Made by a program: the position numbers and the translations under genes. A stretch of DNA of 64,000 nt, from contig CBCPND010000018.1 in NCBI GenBank assembly GCA_965120395.1, positions 444 through 64,443 on the forward strand. The letters run 5' to 3'. The notes beneath the pieces are model-generated. The model worked only from the letters and a program-made list of their open reading frames with translations. It did not search any database and had not been told where the DNA came from. Of this stretch, positions 45,962 through 58,556 are shown piece by piece (within the stretch, counting starts at the first letter, position 1; each line of letters starts with the position of its first letter). Source of the DNA: an uncultured Helicobacter sp. (lineage in GTDB: Bacteria; Campylobacterota; Campylobacteria; Campylobacterales; Helicobacteraceae).

Positions 45962-46350
45962 TACAATCTACCTTTCATTGTTTGCTCTATTCTTGAAACC
46001 ACAGAAGAGATAGCTATCTTATCAGATGAGGCATCTTCAAGCAGTTTTTTAGCTTCTTTAATCGCATCTGAAATATTACCTTCATTCCGGTTGTTTATAG
46101 CCACCGCACCATTAGCTATAATATCGACCTTAGATGGAGTAATTTCAGCATATCCCCAATCTATAGCTACAAGGTCTCTCAAGCCATTATTGGTAATCTC
46201 GATAACTCCAGCCTTAAGCAAAGAAAGCAAGTTCTCGTGCCCATAAAACACACCAAACTCCCCTTCTGCACCGGGTAATGTAACAGAATCTATTTCATCG
46301 GAAAAAATCTCTCCATAGGGTGTTACAATACTTGTAAGTATCTTTTCCAT
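45961..46350 (-). CDS. atpC: F1 ATP synthase epsilon subunit
   Basis: 129 aa, last gene of the atp cluster, with the typical N-terminal beta-sandwich sequence. Confidence 0.9.
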   Translation of the reverse strand: MEKILTSIVTPYGEIFSDEIDSVTLPGAEGEFGVFYGHENLLSLLKAGVIEITNNGLRDLVAIDWGYAEITPSKVDIIANGAVAINNRNEGNISDAIKEAKKLLEDASSDKIAISSVVSRIEQTMKGRL

Positions 46351-46361
46351 TAGCTGTCCTC

Positions 46362-47765
<1,404 letters not shown>

Positions 47766-47783
47766 TCACTCCTTCTAATAAAA

Positions 47784-48698
47784 TTATTTCATTGCTTCGA
47801 CGCCAGCGTTAATTTCTACAAGCTCTGTTGTGATCGCCTCTTGCCGTGCCTTGTTATAAGATATCGTTAGATTTCTAACGAGTTCTCCAGCATTCTTTGT
47901 GGCTGCATCCATTGCCTGCATCCTCGCACTATGCTCTGCTGCTAGAGAATCTATAAGCGCATAATACATATTATATTCAATATATTTATGAGCCAATTCA
48001 TCAAGCACCCTATCTTCCTCATCATCTGGCTCTATATTGACTATTTCACCAGTAATAGATTTATTGTTCTTGCGCAATTCTTCATACATATCCATACCCA
48101 AAGGTAAAATAGTTTTTGTTTTAAGCTCTTGAGAAATTTTAGTCTTAAAACCATTATGAACTAGCACAATTTCATCTGTGACACCATTAACATAATCACT
48201 GATGACATTTGTAATAAAATTACTTGAGCTTTCATAATCCGGAGTTGAACTCAAGCCAATAATCTTATCCAAAGGTTCAATTTTATTAAAAGTAAAAAAT
48301 GCTATACCTTTTTTACCAACGCCTCGCAACCGCACTTTTATACCTTTTGATTTAAAATCACTCATCAGCCTTGATACTTCTTTAATTGTCGTCGCATTAA
48401 AACCACCACACAAGCCCTTATCAGCTGTAATAAAAACAATATCAACGCATTTAATTTGTCTCTGATTTAAACCCACAAACAAATCACTATTGATATTTTC
48501 TAACCCTCGCGACTGCACTTTAGAGATAATATCCTCAAAAATTGCATTGAGCTTATCTGCATAAGCCCTTGATCGTCTCGCCATTTCTTCAGCTTTTTTT
48601 AGCTTTGAGGTTGAGACCAGCTGCATTGCCCGAGTAGTTTTTTGAGTATTTTTAACACTGCTGATCTTTTTTCGAATTTCTTTTAGATTGCTCCCCAT
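47784..48698 (-). CDS. atpG: F1 ATP synthase gamma subunit
   Basis: N-terminal ..IR.KI.SVKNTQKIT.AM..V, C-terminal ..ITTEL.EI..G..A. 304 aa. Confidence 0.95.
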   Translation of the reverse strand: MGSNLKEIRKKISSVKNTQKTTRAMQLVSTSKLKKAEEMARRSRAYADKLNAIFEDIISKVQSRGLENINSDLFVGLNQRQIKCVDIVFITADKGLCGGFNATTIKEVSRLMSDFKSKGIKVRLRGVGKKGIAFFTFNKIEPLDKIIGLSSTPDYESSSNFITNVISDYVNGVTDEIVLVHNGFKTKISQELKTKTILPLGMDMYEELRKNNKSITGEIVNIEPDDEEDRVLDELAHKYIEYNMYYALIDSLAAEHSARMQAMDAATKNAGELVRNLTISYNKARQEAITTELVEINAGVEAMK

Positions 48699-48714
48699 AT
48701 TCTTTTCCTTTATC

Positions 48715-50226
48715 CTAATTAAAACTCAACTTATAATCTTCAAGAGCCTTAATCAACATAGATTCTATCTCTTGATCGATGACTTTTTTAGTATGTATGT
48801 TTTCAAGAATTTTAGGATACTTAGATTCTAAGAATGGATACAAATCTCGTTCAAAATGCACAATTTTATTCGCAGGCACATCATCAAGAAACCCTTTTGC
48901 GCCAGCAAAAATAATCACAATCTGCTTTTGAACAGCAAGAGGTGCATATGGAGGTTGCTTTAAAACTTCTACCATTCTTTGCCCTCTCTCAAGCTGTCTT
49001 CGACTCACCTCATCAAGATCTGATGCAAACTGAGAAAATGCTTGCAACTCGCGGTATTGAGCCAAATCCAATCTTAATGTTCCGGCTACTTGTTTTGTAG
49101 CTTTAATCTGTGCAGCACCACCAACCCGTGATACCGACAAGCCAACATTAATCGCTGGCCGAATACCAGAATTAAATAAATCTGTCTCAAGGAAAATTTG
49201 TCCATCTGTAATTGAAATAACATTTGTTGGGATATATGCAGAAACATCTCCTGCTTGTGTTTCAATGATAGGGAGAGCAGTTAATGAGCCAGCTCCTTTT
49301 TCATCAGATAACTTCGCTGCCCTTTCAAGCAATCTTGAATGAATATAAAAGACATCTCCGGGGAATGCCTCACGACCCGGAGGACGTCGCAAAATAAGGC
49401 TCATCTCACGATACGCAACAGCGTGTTTTGTCAAATCATCATAAATGATAAGCGCGTGTTTGCCATTATCTCTAAAATACTCACCAATCGTAACGCCTGT
49501 ATATGGAGCAAAGAACTGCATTGCTGCAGATGATGAAGCTGGGGCATTAACCACAATCGTATATTCCATAGCACCGTGCTCTTCTAGCTTTCTCACGGTT
49601 TGTGCAACAGTGGATTCTTTCTGTCCGATTGCAACATAGATACATATAACATCTTGTCCTTTTTGATTAATGATAGTATCTACCGCGATAGTTGTTTTAC
49701 CAGTTTGTCTATCACCGATAATAAGCTCTCTTTGCCCTCTTCCAATTGGCACAAGCGCATCAATCGCCTTAATGCCTGTTTGTAATGGTTCATGCACAGA
49801 TTTCCTATCCATAATGCCAGGTGCTTTTTGTTCTACAAAACCAAATTCGCTAGATTCTATGCTGCCCTTTGCATCCATTGGCTCACCAATCGCATTAATA
49901 ACGCGACCTATGACATTCTTACCTACAGGCACTTTCATCAATTTATTGAGCCTTTTTACAGAGATGCCTTCTTTAATTTTGCTACCACTTCCGAGCAAAA
50001 CAACCCCAACACTTCCTTCCTCAAGGTTTGAAGCTAATCCTACATCACCGGTCTCAAACTCCACCATTTCATAAGACATTACATTTTTCAAACCATACAC
50101 TTTGGCGACACCATCCGCATAGGAAATAACTTTTCCCGTCTCTGCTATATCAATATCAATGTCAAAACTATTGATTTTGTCCTTAATGATTGAGCTAATT
50201 TCTTCAGATTTTAGTTTTCGTACCAC
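48715..50226 (-). CDS. atpA: F1 ATP synthase alpha subunit
   Basis: Walker A GDRQTGKT. 503 aa. Confidence 0.97.
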   Translation of the reverse strand: MVRKLKSEEISSIIKDKINSFDIDIDIAETGKVISYADGVAKVYGLKNVMSYEMVEFETGDVGLASNLEEGSVGVVLLGSGSKIKEGISVKRLNKLMKVPVGKNVIGRVINAIGEPMDAKGSIESSEFGFVEQKAPGIMDRKSVHEPLQTGIKAIDALVPIGRGQRELIIGDRQTGKTTIAVDTIINQKGQDVICIYVAIGQKESTVAQTVRKLEEHGAMEYTIVVNAPASSSAAMQFFAPYTGVTIGEYFRDNGKHALIIYDDLTKHAVAYREMSLILRRPPGREAFPGDVFYIHSRLLERAAKLSDEKGAGSLTALPIIETQAGDVSAYIPTNVISITDGQIFLETDLFNSGIRPAINVGLSVSRVGGAAQIKATKQVAGTLRLDLAQYRELQAFSQFASDLDEVSRRQLERGQRMVEVLKQPPYAPLAVQKQIVIIFAGAKGFLDDVPANKIVHFERDLYPFLESKYPKILENIHTKKVIDQEIESMLIKALEDYKLSFN

Positions 50227-50247
50227 TTTATTTCTCCTTTTTTAAAT

Positions 50248-50775
50248 TTAAATTGACTTTAGAATGTGATGTTTTAGACGCGCTAAAAATCTCTCTTTTA
50301 AGAAAGATATCTCAACACCTAAATCTTGAACAACCAGCTTAATGCCATCTACTGAAACGATAGACTGTGTAATACTAAGCACCACTCCTAATCTTTTTGA
50401 GAGATTATCAGCAATCTCTTTAACGCTAGCAGAATCCAACTCCTCAGCCACATACAAAACCGCCTCATACTTTTTATTGAGATTCATAAAATGCCTTGAT
50501 AGAGCCTGTGTTATAAAGGGAATTAAATCCAGCCTATCATTCTCAGCTAATACACTTATGAAGTTTTTCATATCCTTATTATCATCCAATAGTGACAACA
50601 TAAAAGCCTTTTTATCTTGTTTTGAGACATATGGGGAACGTATAATCTCCTTGCATTTATCCATACTAAAAGCTTGGGAGACATCGCTTAGAAAAGCATA
50701 TATGTCTTCTAGCTTTTTTTGAGGATAAGCTTCTATCAATGCATTGGCATATTTTTTTGCGATGATTTCTTCCAT
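50248..50775 (-). CDS. atpH: F1 ATP synthase delta subunit (OSCP)
   Basis: 175 aa. N-terminal ..IAKKYA.AL.. Position between atpF and atpA. Confidence 0.85.
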   Translation of the reverse strand: MEEIIAKKYANALIEAYPQKKLEDIYAFLSDVSQAFSMDKCKEIIRSPYVSKQDKKAFMLSLLDDNKDMKNFISVLAENDRLDLIPFITQALSRHFMNLNKKYEAVLYVAEELDSASVKEIADNLSKRLGVVLSITQSIVSVDGIKLVVQDLGVEISFLKERFLARLKHHILKSI

Positions 50776-50779
50776 AATC

Positions 50780-51289
50780 TTATGCCACCTTTCTGTTTAG
50801 TATTTTTATGTAGTCTTTATGGCTAATTTTTGCGACATCCCCACCAAAGAGCTCATCTAATATTTCTTCAATTGCCTCATTCTCTATTTTGCGCTCTTCA
50901 AGAAACATTAGAGATTCCATATTCTTTGTAATATTATCTGCATCAATCTTATACTGCTCTTCATACTTTTGTGATATAAGGACTGTCTCCTTTTTAGCGT
51001 CTGCCACGATTTCTGCCGCCTTTTTTACTGCATCATCTAGTTGCTTGCGTGCATTCTCCTTTGCTTTTTTGGCAACTTTGACCCTATTTTGAATCTCATC
51101 AAGGCGCGAGATGATGTCATTTTTCCTATTTTGAAGTAGGGTTTTGAGTTTATCCGCTGCAAAATACCACAAAATAGCGACAAAGATCACAAAGTTAATA
51201 ACACGCTCTACAAAGTCCGTTTGAGAAATATCCACATTCGAAGCAGATAAAACCCCACTTATACACAATACTAAAACAACAAGTCTCAT
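50780..51289 (-). CDS. atpF: Fo ATP synthase b subunit
   Basis: Single N-terminal TM segment plus a long charged helix. Operon position. Confidence 0.8.
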   Translation of the reverse strand: MRLVVLVLCISGVLSASNVDISQTDFVERVINFVIFVAILWYFAADKLKTLLQNRKNDIISRLDEIQNRVKVAKKAKENARKQLDDAVKKAAEIVADAKKETVLISQKYEEQYKIDADNITKNMESLMFLEERKIENEAIEEILDELFGGDVAKISHKDYIKILNRKVA

Positions 51290-51298
51290 ACAGCCATC

Positions 51299-51730
51299 CT
51301 AAATCTGATTCATTTTATTTTGTAAAGCTACCCTAAAATCTGGTAGATAAGTAGCCAACTCTGCTTTTAATGCCTGTTTTTGCTCGACTAAATCTTTTCG
51401 GAATTTCTCAATCTTGCTTTGGGATTCTGCTTGTTTTTTGGCAATCTTTTCATCATAATCCGTCTTTGCTTGACTTGTCGCATCATCGAGAATCTGCCCT
51501 GCTTCCCGCCTTGCATTTGCTAAAATTTCTTGAATTTGCCTCTGAATTTCTTGAACATCACTATCATTGCTTGCTACAGAATGCAAATCTCTCTGCATAG
51601 ATGATTCACGCTCATCCATAAAACCAAGCAATGGCCTAAACAACCACGCATTCAAAAAAAGCATTGTTAGCAAAAAAACAATAAAAACTAAAAGCATCAA
51701 CCAAGGATCTGGTATCGTAATACTCATCAT
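51299..51730 (-). CDS. Fo ATP synthase b' subunit
   Basis: Single N-terminal TM segment plus a charged helix. A second b-type gene is typical of epsilonproteobacterial atp operons. Confidence 0.75.
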   Translation of the reverse strand: MMSITIPDPWLMLLVFIVFLLTMLFLNAWLFRPLLGFMDERESSMQRDLHSVASNDSDVQEIQRQIQEILANARREAGQILDDATSQAKTDYDEKIAKKQAESQSKIEKFRKDLVEQKQALKAELATYLPDFRVALQNKMNQI

Positions 51731-51794
51731 TTCTCCTTTAATTTAGCTAAATTCATAAAACCTATGTATTCATTCTAGCAGGGCAAACCTTAAA

Positions 51795-52655
51795 TTAAGA
51801 TTTTAATTTTTTAATTAAATGAATAATTCTTTCTTTTGATGCTGTTATGGTGATTGAATTTTTTACAATCCTAGCTTGTATTCCTAAAGATTGCAAAGTC
51901 TCTTGAAGATTTCGTATTTCAGGAATAGTTTCATTTTTGCTCATTTTATTTTTTGCTTTCCCCTGCGGTATCGTTTCTTGTTTTAATGATTTTGCTAAAG
52001 ATTCTGTTTCTCTTACTGAAAGTTTTTGCCCCATAACAGAATCTGCGATAATATGCTGCTCTTCGTTAGTAAATCCAACTATAACTTTTGCGTGCCCTTG
52101 CGTGATTTTATTTTGCGCTACCAAGTCCTGAACATAATCAGACAAATCAAGCAGACGTAATGTGTTGGTGATTTGCGCTCTTGAGCATTTTAGTCTTTTT
52201 GCTAAGTCATCGTGTGTAATTTTGTAATCATTTATCAATTCTTGATAAGAACGTGCCAAATCTATTGGATTTAGATTCTCTCTTTGGATGTTTTCTATGA
52301 TTGCCAGCTCTCGCAATCTCTCTTTTGCAATATCTACAACAATGGCTCGTATTGTTGATTGTTTAGCAATCTTGCTTGCACGGAGTCGCCTCTCACCCGC
52401 AATCAAAAAATAATCCCCTCCATCTTCATAAACCAAAATAGGTTGCAAAAGCCCGTGCTCAATGATTGACATTGCCAATTCGCGCAGAGATTCTTCTTGG
52501 AAGTTTTTGCGCGGCTGATACGGATTGGGCTTGATGATATCAACGCTTAATTCTATAATGCTCTCTAATCGCTCGTTGAGGTTTTTTTCATAGGCTGATG
52601 CAACCTCCCCTAAAAGCTCACCAAGCCCACTTCCTAAAGCCTGCTTTTTTGCCAA
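51795..52655 (-). CDS. parB: Chromosome partitioning protein ParB (Spo0J)
   Basis: ..NPYQPR..F, GLLQPI.V and ..LIAGERR.RA motifs. Confidence 0.93.
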   Translation of the reverse strand: MAKKQALGSGLGELLGEVASAYEKNLNERLESIIELSVDIIKPNPYQPRKNFQEESLRELAMSIIEHGLLQPILVYEDGGDYFLIAGERRLRASKIAKQSTIRAIVVDIAKERLRELAIIENIQRENLNPIDLARSYQELINDYKITHDDLAKRLKCSRAQITNTLRLLDLSDYVQDLVAQNKITQGHAKVIVGFTNEEQHIIADSVMGQKLSVRETESLAKSLKQETIPQGKAKNKMSKNETIPEIRNLQETLQSLGIQARIVKNSITITASKERIIHLIKKLKS

Positions 52656-52656
52656 T

Positions 52657-53451
52657 TTATGCCCCTTGTAATATAGCTTGGGCTAAATCTTGATAAGCCA
52701 CACTACCGCTTGATTTAATATCATACAGCAATACAGGCTTTCCAAAGCTCGGAGATTCTGCTAATCTTACGCTTCTTGGAATGATGATATAAGATTCTGT
52801 GCCATCTTGTTGCTTTTTAAAAAGCTGCGCATCAAAATGTTGAGACAAATCAGCAAAAACCTGCTTTGACAGGTTGTTTTGAGAAGAAAACATCGTTGGC
52901 AAAAGCCCTTTGATTTTTAGCTGTGGATTGATGCCATTGTCCTTTAGCAATTTAATTGTGCTTAAAAGCTGTGCCAATCCTTGCAATGCATAATACTCAC
53001 ACTGGATAGGGATAATCACAGAATCTGCGGCTGCTAGGGCATTGATCGTTAATGGACCAAGTGCGGGTGGAGAATCTATAATGATAAAATCATACGCACC
53101 CTGCACTTCTTCAAGCTTCTTTTTAAGCACAAGCTCTCTGCCGGTTTTATTGCTATAAAAGTTCTTTTCAATCCCAACCAACCCGATATCAGAAGGCACT
53201 AAATCCATAAATGGTATATCTGTCTTTTGAACAATCTCGGATATTTTCTTGCTTCCCATTAGCGCATGATAAATATTAAATTCAATGTTTGCTCTACGAC
53301 AACCCAAGCTTGTTGTGGCATTTGACTGGGAATCAAAGTCAATCAAAAGCACCTTTTTTTCTGCGATTGCTAAAGATGCAGCCAAATTTACTGCTGTTGT
53401 TGTTTTGCCAACTCCACCTTTTTGATTTGCAACAGTTATAACCTCTGCCAT
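52657..53451 (-). CDS. parA: Chromosome partitioning ATPase ParA (Soj)
   Basis: Deviant Walker A NQKGGVGKTT. 264 aa. Confidence 0.93.
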   Translation of the reverse strand: MAEVITVANQKGGVGKTTTAVNLAASLAIAEKKVLLIDFDSQSNATTSLGCRRANIEFNIYHALMGSKKISEIVQKTDIPFMDLVPSDIGLVGIEKNFYSNKTGRELVLKKKLEEVQGAYDFIIIDSPPALGPLTINALAAADSVIIPIQCEYYALQGLAQLLSTIKLLKDNGINPQLKIKGLLPTMFSSQNNLSKQVFADLSQHFDAQLFKKQQDGTESYIIIPRSVRLAESPSFGKPVLLYDIKSSGSVAYQDLAQAILQGA

Positions 53452-53454
53452 TTT

Positions 53455-54090
53455 CTACTCCACATATCTGATATTATAGATTTTTCTTCCGCCAACTTCA
53501 ATAGAACCATCATCTAGCAAAACTGTATTCTTCAGAGAAACTACTTCGTCTTCTAAATGAAAAAAAAACGGGAAGTTTTTGTGAAATTCTAACTTATAGT
53601 TTCTGAAAATTTGCTTCCAGCTTTTGAATTTTTTCAAATCTTGAAAATACGCCTGCAGAAGTGCTTTCTTACCGATTCTTATGTCTAAAGAACCAAAATT
53701 TTCTGCCTTTAAATTGATCCCTATCCCACAAACAATTTGCTTTTCCACAATGCCAACCAAAATACCACCAATTTTTTTATCTTCTATATATAAATCATTT
53801 GGCCATTTTAGCCATACTTTTGAGCCGAGATTACGCAATGTATCTTTTAAAACGCACCCAAAAAAAATTGCCGCACTCTGCAATGGCAGATCTTCTGGCA
53901 ACCCAGAATACACAAAAGAAAACATTAAAGATTCTACTTCATTCTCCCATTTTGTGCCTCTTGAGCCAAGTCCGAAATCTTGCCTTTCAGCCACAATGCA
54001 CAAATCTGTGATATTTTGCTTGCTTTTGATTCTGCGTTTTAGCTCCTTTTGCGTAGAATCTAGCTCTTTAAACCACTCTATTTTTATCAC
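53455..54090 (-). CDS. birA: Biotin-[acetyl-CoA-carboxylase] ligase (group I, no HTH domain)
   Basis: ..GLGSRGTKW.. (GRGR.GR.W-type motif) and ..KWPNDLY...KKIGGIL.. 211 aa. Confidence 0.85.
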   Translation of the reverse strand: MIKIEWFKELDSTQKELKRRIKSKQNITDLCIVAERQDFGLGSRGTKWENEVESLMFSFVYSGLPEDLPLQSAAIFFGCVLKDTLRNLGSKVWLKWPNDLYIEDKKIGGILVGIVEKQIVCGIGINLKAENFGSLDIRIGKKALLQAYFQDLKKFKSWKQIFRNYKLEFHKNFPFFFHLEDEVVSLKNTVLLDDGSIEVGGRKIYNIRYVE

Positions 54091-54983
54091 TTTAATATAT
54101 CTCCTATTTTATATCTTCGCCCACAGATAAAATCTTTTGCGCATACTTTTTGTTTATTTGGAGCTTGGAGTTGCCCTATTTTTAAGCTTCCTTGCCCACA
54201 ACCAATGACGATATAATCTTTCTCGATCCCTAGAATCTCGCCAGTCATATTTTTGCTATTTTCATCTTGCAAGCCTATATCAAAAAGTTTCAACCCACTT
54301 TCAAGATAGATTCCAGGCCACTTCTCATAAGCCAAAGACTTCTTAAAAATCGCCTTTGCATTGTCAAAACAAATAAGCCCATCAGATTTTAGAATCTTTT
54401 TACAGTATGTTGCTTTTGACTCATCTTGCGGAATTGGCTTAATGCTGTGTAGATTCTCTAGTGTTTTTAAAAGTGCATCAGCACCGAGCAAAGCCAGTTT
54501 CTTACTCAAAGATTCTAGCCCAATATCCTCTCTTGGCATTGTTTTAATCTTAAGAATATCCCCGCTATCTAAAGCATAACTCATCTGCATAATGCTCACG
54601 CCAAACTCCTCATCATCGCTTAAAATCATTTGTTGAATCGGGCTTGCACCACGATATTTAGGTAGAATTGAAGCATGAACATTGATGCAAGGCGCGATAT
54701 TTAAGATAGATTCTGGCAGAATCTTACCATACGCGACAACAACAATCACATCTGGGCGCATTTTACGTATAGATTCTGCTTGAGACTCATCGATTTTTTT
54801 AGGCTGAAAAACCGGAACACTATGCTTCAAAGCTACTATTTTTATCAGCGGAGGCGTGATGATGTTTTTGCGTCCGACGGGTTTATCAGGCTGAGTAAAA
54901 ATAGCTAAAATCTGATGCCTTGCTACTAAGTTTTCAAACACCACTTCCGCAAAAGATGGCGTCCCCATAAAAACAATTTTCAT
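54087..54983 (-). CDS. fmt: Methionyl-tRNA formyltransferase
   Basis: MKIVFMGTP.FA.., ..NVHASLLP.YRGA.PIQ.. motif. Confidence 0.93.
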   Translation of the reverse strand: MKIVFMGTPSFAEVVFENLVARHQILAIFTQPDKPVGRKNIITPPLIKIVALKHSVPVFQPKKIDESQAESIRKMRPDVIVVVAYGKILPESILNIAPCINVHASILPKYRGASPIQQMILSDDEEFGVSIMQMSYALDSGDILKIKTMPREDIGLESLSKKLALLGADALLKTLENLHSIKPIPQDESKATYCKKILKSDGLICFDNAKAIFKKSLAYEKWPGIYLESGLKLFDIGLQDENSKNMTGEILGIEKDYIVIGCGQGSLKIGQLQAPNKQKVCAKDFICGRRYKIGDILK

Positions 54984-55272
54984 TTTGCTATCCTTACCGC
55001 TTAAAAGGACATCATTTTGAACCTTATAGGCAACTAATGATATTCTATAATTTTTACACTTATTAAAATCTACCTATAAAAGACTCAAATAATATAAAAA
55101 TAGAAAGCAGAGCAAGATGCGGACACAAAAACTACTTCTTAACCTTTCTAAATCAACACCTAAATTCTACACCTTGCGCCAGAAAAGAAGTAGATTCTAA
55201 AGCCAAATCATCCAAAAAAAGTAAAAAATGTCAAAGACTAAGTCTTCAACATTCTATATACAAAAGCAAAAA

Positions 55273-56220
55273 CTATTTTGGACTACTTTCTTCAAGCCTT
55301 TGGAGATATTCCCAACGCGCATTTACTTCTTTTTGAAATGTTTCAATAATGTGCTCATTTTCTTTCTTAAAAAGATGTTTAAATCGCCCTTGCGCGCCCA
55401 TATAATCGCGCACAGAAATGACATTTTTAGGACGATAAGTGATGTGTAACTCGCACCCATTGATAATCTCAAACAGCGGGAAAACCAAGCTATCCACAGC
55501 CAAATCAGAAACATCAATTGTACGATTAGATTCAAACTTCCATTCAGTCGTGCAAGCACTCATTGCATTAATAAAAGTAGGTCCTTCTGTCTCGATGGCT
55601 TGCTTGATTTTTTTGTTCATGTCTTTCCATTTATTTGGTGCGACTTGTGCGACATATGGACTTCCGTGCGCTGCCATTATAAACAAAATATCTTTTTTAC
55701 GCTCTTTTTTCCCATAACTTACGCTTCCTGCTGGAGTTGTAGAAGTGGATGAACCAACTGGTGTAGAACTACTCCTTTGCCCGCCAGTATTAGCATACAC
55801 TTCGTTATCCAAGCAAATATAAGTCATATCATGTCCTCGCTCAAAACAACCACTAATCCACTGGAATCCGATGTCATAAGTTGAACCATCTCCACCAAAT
55901 GCCACAAATTTTGGCTTTTCCCCCTTGAATCTGCCTTTTTTAACAAGGGCTTTATACATAGATTCTACTCCCGCAATAGCCGTAGAACTATTTTCAAACC
56001 CAATATGAATCCATGGCACATCCCACGAAGTATAAGGATAAAAAGTGGTTGAAACCTCGAGACAACCTGTTGAATTCCCAATAACAATTGGTCCTTCCAC
56101 TGCATTTAACACCTCGCGGATGATAATTCCATGCGCACACCCTGGGCAAAGAACATGGGATCCTTCAAATTTTTCAGCTGTTTTTGAAAATTGCTTAAGA
56201 TTCTTAACTTCCTTTACCAT
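55273..56220 (-). CDS. porB: Pyruvate:ferredoxin oxidoreductase beta subunit (TPP-binding)
   Basis: Start set to MVKEVKNLK.. CPGCAHG and GGDG...DIGF motifs. The N-terminal extension in the ORF track overlaps porA and was rejected. Confidence 0.9.
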   Translation of the reverse strand: MVKEVKNLKQFSKTAEKFEGSHVLCPGCAHGIIIREVLNAVEGPIVIGNSTGCLEVSTTFYPYTSWDVPWIHIGFENSSTAIAGVESMYKALVKKGRFKGEKPKFVAFGGDGSTYDIGFQWISGCFERGHDMTYICLDNEVYANTGGQRSSSTPVGSSTSTTPAGSVSYGKKERKKDILFIMAAHGSPYVAQVAPNKWKDMNKKIKQAIETEGPTFINAMSACTTEWKFESNRTIDVSDLAVDSLVFPLFEIINGCELHITYRPKNVISVRDYMGAQGRFKHLFKKENEHIIETFQKEVNARWEYLQRLEESSPK

Positions 56221-56234
56221 AAATCTCTCCTCAA

Positions 56235-57458
56235 TCAATAAAAACTTAATTTTGCCCCACGCAATCCAATAAACTGCTGTGTTGGGCATACTCTTTTTCC
56301 TGCCTTTGCATTCATATCAAGCTCTTTAAAAATCGCATTAATATCAACTTGCATCAAATCCCTCTCTCCTAAACCATAAATATAACTATTTAAAATTGGC
56401 TTATTTGGATTCTCTAGCTGATATAAAGCAGCTGAAACTTCATTAAATAAAGCTCCCATTGCACCAGCAGGCAAACTCTTATCCATAATACCTACAGCTT
56501 TAATGTTTTGAAGAGCTTGTGCCACCTCTGCATATGGGAATGGTCGCAAAACTTTAATGCCAACTACACCGGCTTTAATATTTTCTTTACGCATATTATC
56601 TGCAGCAACCATAGCGGATTCTACACTTGTCCCAATAGCTAAAAGGGCTACATCTGCATCCTCTATTTTGTAAGTTTGCACAAGTTTATGTTCTCTTCCT
56701 GTAAGTTTTTTGAATTCTTCAAATACACTCTGGATTGTCTCTTTTGAATGCATTAAAGCGTTATGAAGCTGTGCTTTATGCTCATAGTGCCACTCCTCTT
56801 CTGCTTGCGCCCCATAAGTCACTGGATGTTCAAAGTCTAAAAGAGGACTTTTAATTTTATACTCGCCAATAAACTTATAAGCCTCATCATCTTGTAGAGG
56901 GCGCACATTCTGTGCTGTATGTGAACACAAGAATCCATCCTGATTAACAATAACAGGCAAACGCACATTCATATCTTCTGCGATTTTAAATGCCATAAGA
57001 TTCAAATCGTAAGCATCTTGAGGATTATATGCACACAAGTTAATCCACCCAGCATCTCGCCCAAGATACATATCCGAATGATCTCCATGTATATTTAAAG
57101 GGGAAGCTAGGGCTCTATTAACAAGATTTAGCACGATTGGAAGACGCATACCTGAAGCTTGATATAATACCTCAATCATTAGGGCAAATCCTTGAGAACT
57201 TGTAGCAGTAGCAACTCTTCCACCAGCAGCAGCTGCACCTACACAAGCACTCATTGCTGCATGCTCAGATTCTACAAGCACAAACTCACCATCAATATAA
57301 CCATTACCTACAAAAGTCCCATAATTTTGAACTATTGGTGTTGATGGAGTAATAGGATAAGCAGCAACAACATCAATTTGAGCCTGCCTCATAGCTTGAC
57401 ATGCTGCAGTATTTCCATCCCACACTACAACTTGATCTAATTCCATAGTCTTTGCCAT
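56235..57458 (-). CDS. porA: Pyruvate:ferredoxin oxidoreductase alpha subunit
   Basis: 407 aa. ..GN.A.A.A......V.AAYPITPST.. N-terminus. Confidence 0.9.
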   Translation of the reverse strand: MAKTMELDQVVVWDGNTAACQAMRQAQIDVVAAYPITPSTPIVQNYGTFVGNGYIDGEFVLVESEHAAMSACVGAAAAGGRVATATSSQGFALMIEVLYQASGMRLPIVLNLVNRALASPLNIHGDHSDMYLGRDAGWINLCAYNPQDAYDLNLMAFKIAEDMNVRLPVIVNQDGFLCSHTAQNVRPLQDDEAYKFIGEYKIKSPLLDFEHPVTYGAQAEEEWHYEHKAQLHNALMHSKETIQSVFEEFKKLTGREHKLVQTYKIEDADVALLAIGTSVESAMVAADNMRKENIKAGVVGIKVLRPFPYAEVAQALQNIKAVGIMDKSLPAGAMGALFNEVSAALYQLENPNKPILNSYIYGLGERDLMQVDINAIFKELDMNAKAGKRVCPTQQFIGLRGAKLSFY

Positions 57459-57461
57459 TGC

Positions 57462-57854
57462 TTACTCCTTATTCTTTGCTTCTTTAGCAGGCCATTTTGC
57501 CAATGCATCAGAATTTTCTTCATAATTACTAAACATCAATAATGACTTGGGGTTTGTAGGACATACTTCAACACACACGCCACAGCCTTTGCAATGCACA
57601 TAATCAACGCCTGTAAGTTTCTCATTACGCGCTAAAATCGCACCATCAGGACAATAAACCCAACAATTAAAGCAATTAATACAAACATCGCTATTATGCA
57701 CAGGCTTATTGATCCGCCAATCTGCCACACTTGTTCCAAATGAACTTTCTTTAGTATAACTACGCTCATCATTGTGCTTACACAATGACTCTAATCCATT
57801 TTCTTCAAATGGAAAAAGCGCAGCACCTATTTCTAATTCGCTCCAACCTTTCAT
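57462..57854 (-). CDS. porD: Pyruvate:ferredoxin oxidoreductase delta subunit (2x[4Fe-4S])
   Basis: CINCFNCWVYCP and CKGCGVCVEVCP cluster motifs. Confidence 0.9.
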   Translation of the reverse strand: MKGWSELEIGAALFPFEENGLESLCKHNDERSYTKESSFGTSVADWRINKPVHNSDVCINCFNCWVYCPDGAILARNEKLTGVDYVHCKGCGVCVEVCPTNPKSLLMFSNYEENSDALAKWPAKEAKNKE

Positions 57855-57880
57855 ATCTTTTCTCCCTTATTTTCTTAATT

Positions 57881-58441
57881 TTATTTTACCTCATCATATG
57901 CGCGCTGGATTGCCTGCATATTTGCATCAATTATTGCTTGTGGTAACTTTTTACCTAAAACCTTTGTAAAAGCCTTTTTAAAATACTCAAGCTCCAAGAT
58001 TCCAGAAATCTTTACAAAAGCCCCAAGCATAGGCGCATTTGGGATTGGCTTGCCAATCGTATCAAGCGCGATTTGAATACAATCAAGAGTGTAGAGATTT
58101 TTCCCATTTAGTTCTGGCTTTTTCTCGCAAAGCTCTTCTTTGCTCATATGTGTGGTTATAATGTATTTGGTATCTTTTTTTTCATTTACGCAAATATCCG
58201 TAATAAACACAAGCCCAGGGTCAATCACTAGCACATAATCAGGCTCCATAAACTTTTCGTGATTTAAAATTGGCTTATCATCGATTCTGTCATACGCACT
58301 CATCGCCGCTCCTCGCTTTGCTGAACCATATAACGCAAAAGCCTGTACTTCTTTTCCAGTGGTTGCAATTACATCAGCGAGACCTTTTGCGCCTGTAACT
58401 GCACCTTGTCCAGCGCGAGAATGCCACCTAATCTCTAGCAT
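57881..58441 (-). CDS. porG: Pyruvate:ferredoxin oxidoreductase gamma subunit
   Basis: MLEIRWHSRAGQGAVT.. N-terminus, typical of POR gamma subunits. Confidence 0.9.
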   Translation of the reverse strand: MLEIRWHSRAGQGAVTGAKGLADVIATTGKEVQAFALYGSAKRGAAMSAYDRIDDKPILNHEKFMEPDYVLVIDPGLVFITDICVNEKKDTKYIITTHMSKEELCEKKPELNGKNLYTLDCIQIALDTIGKPIPNAPMLGAFVKISGILELEYFKKAFTKVLGKKLPQAIIDANMQAIQRAYDEVK

Positions 58442-58556
58442 TATTTCTCCTTTCTCTCCTAAATTTCATAAGGATTTTACGCCTTTTTCTATAAAACAAA
58501 TCTTAAAGAAAAATCTCGAATAGTAAATTTTGTAAGATATAGTATTTTTGTAACAT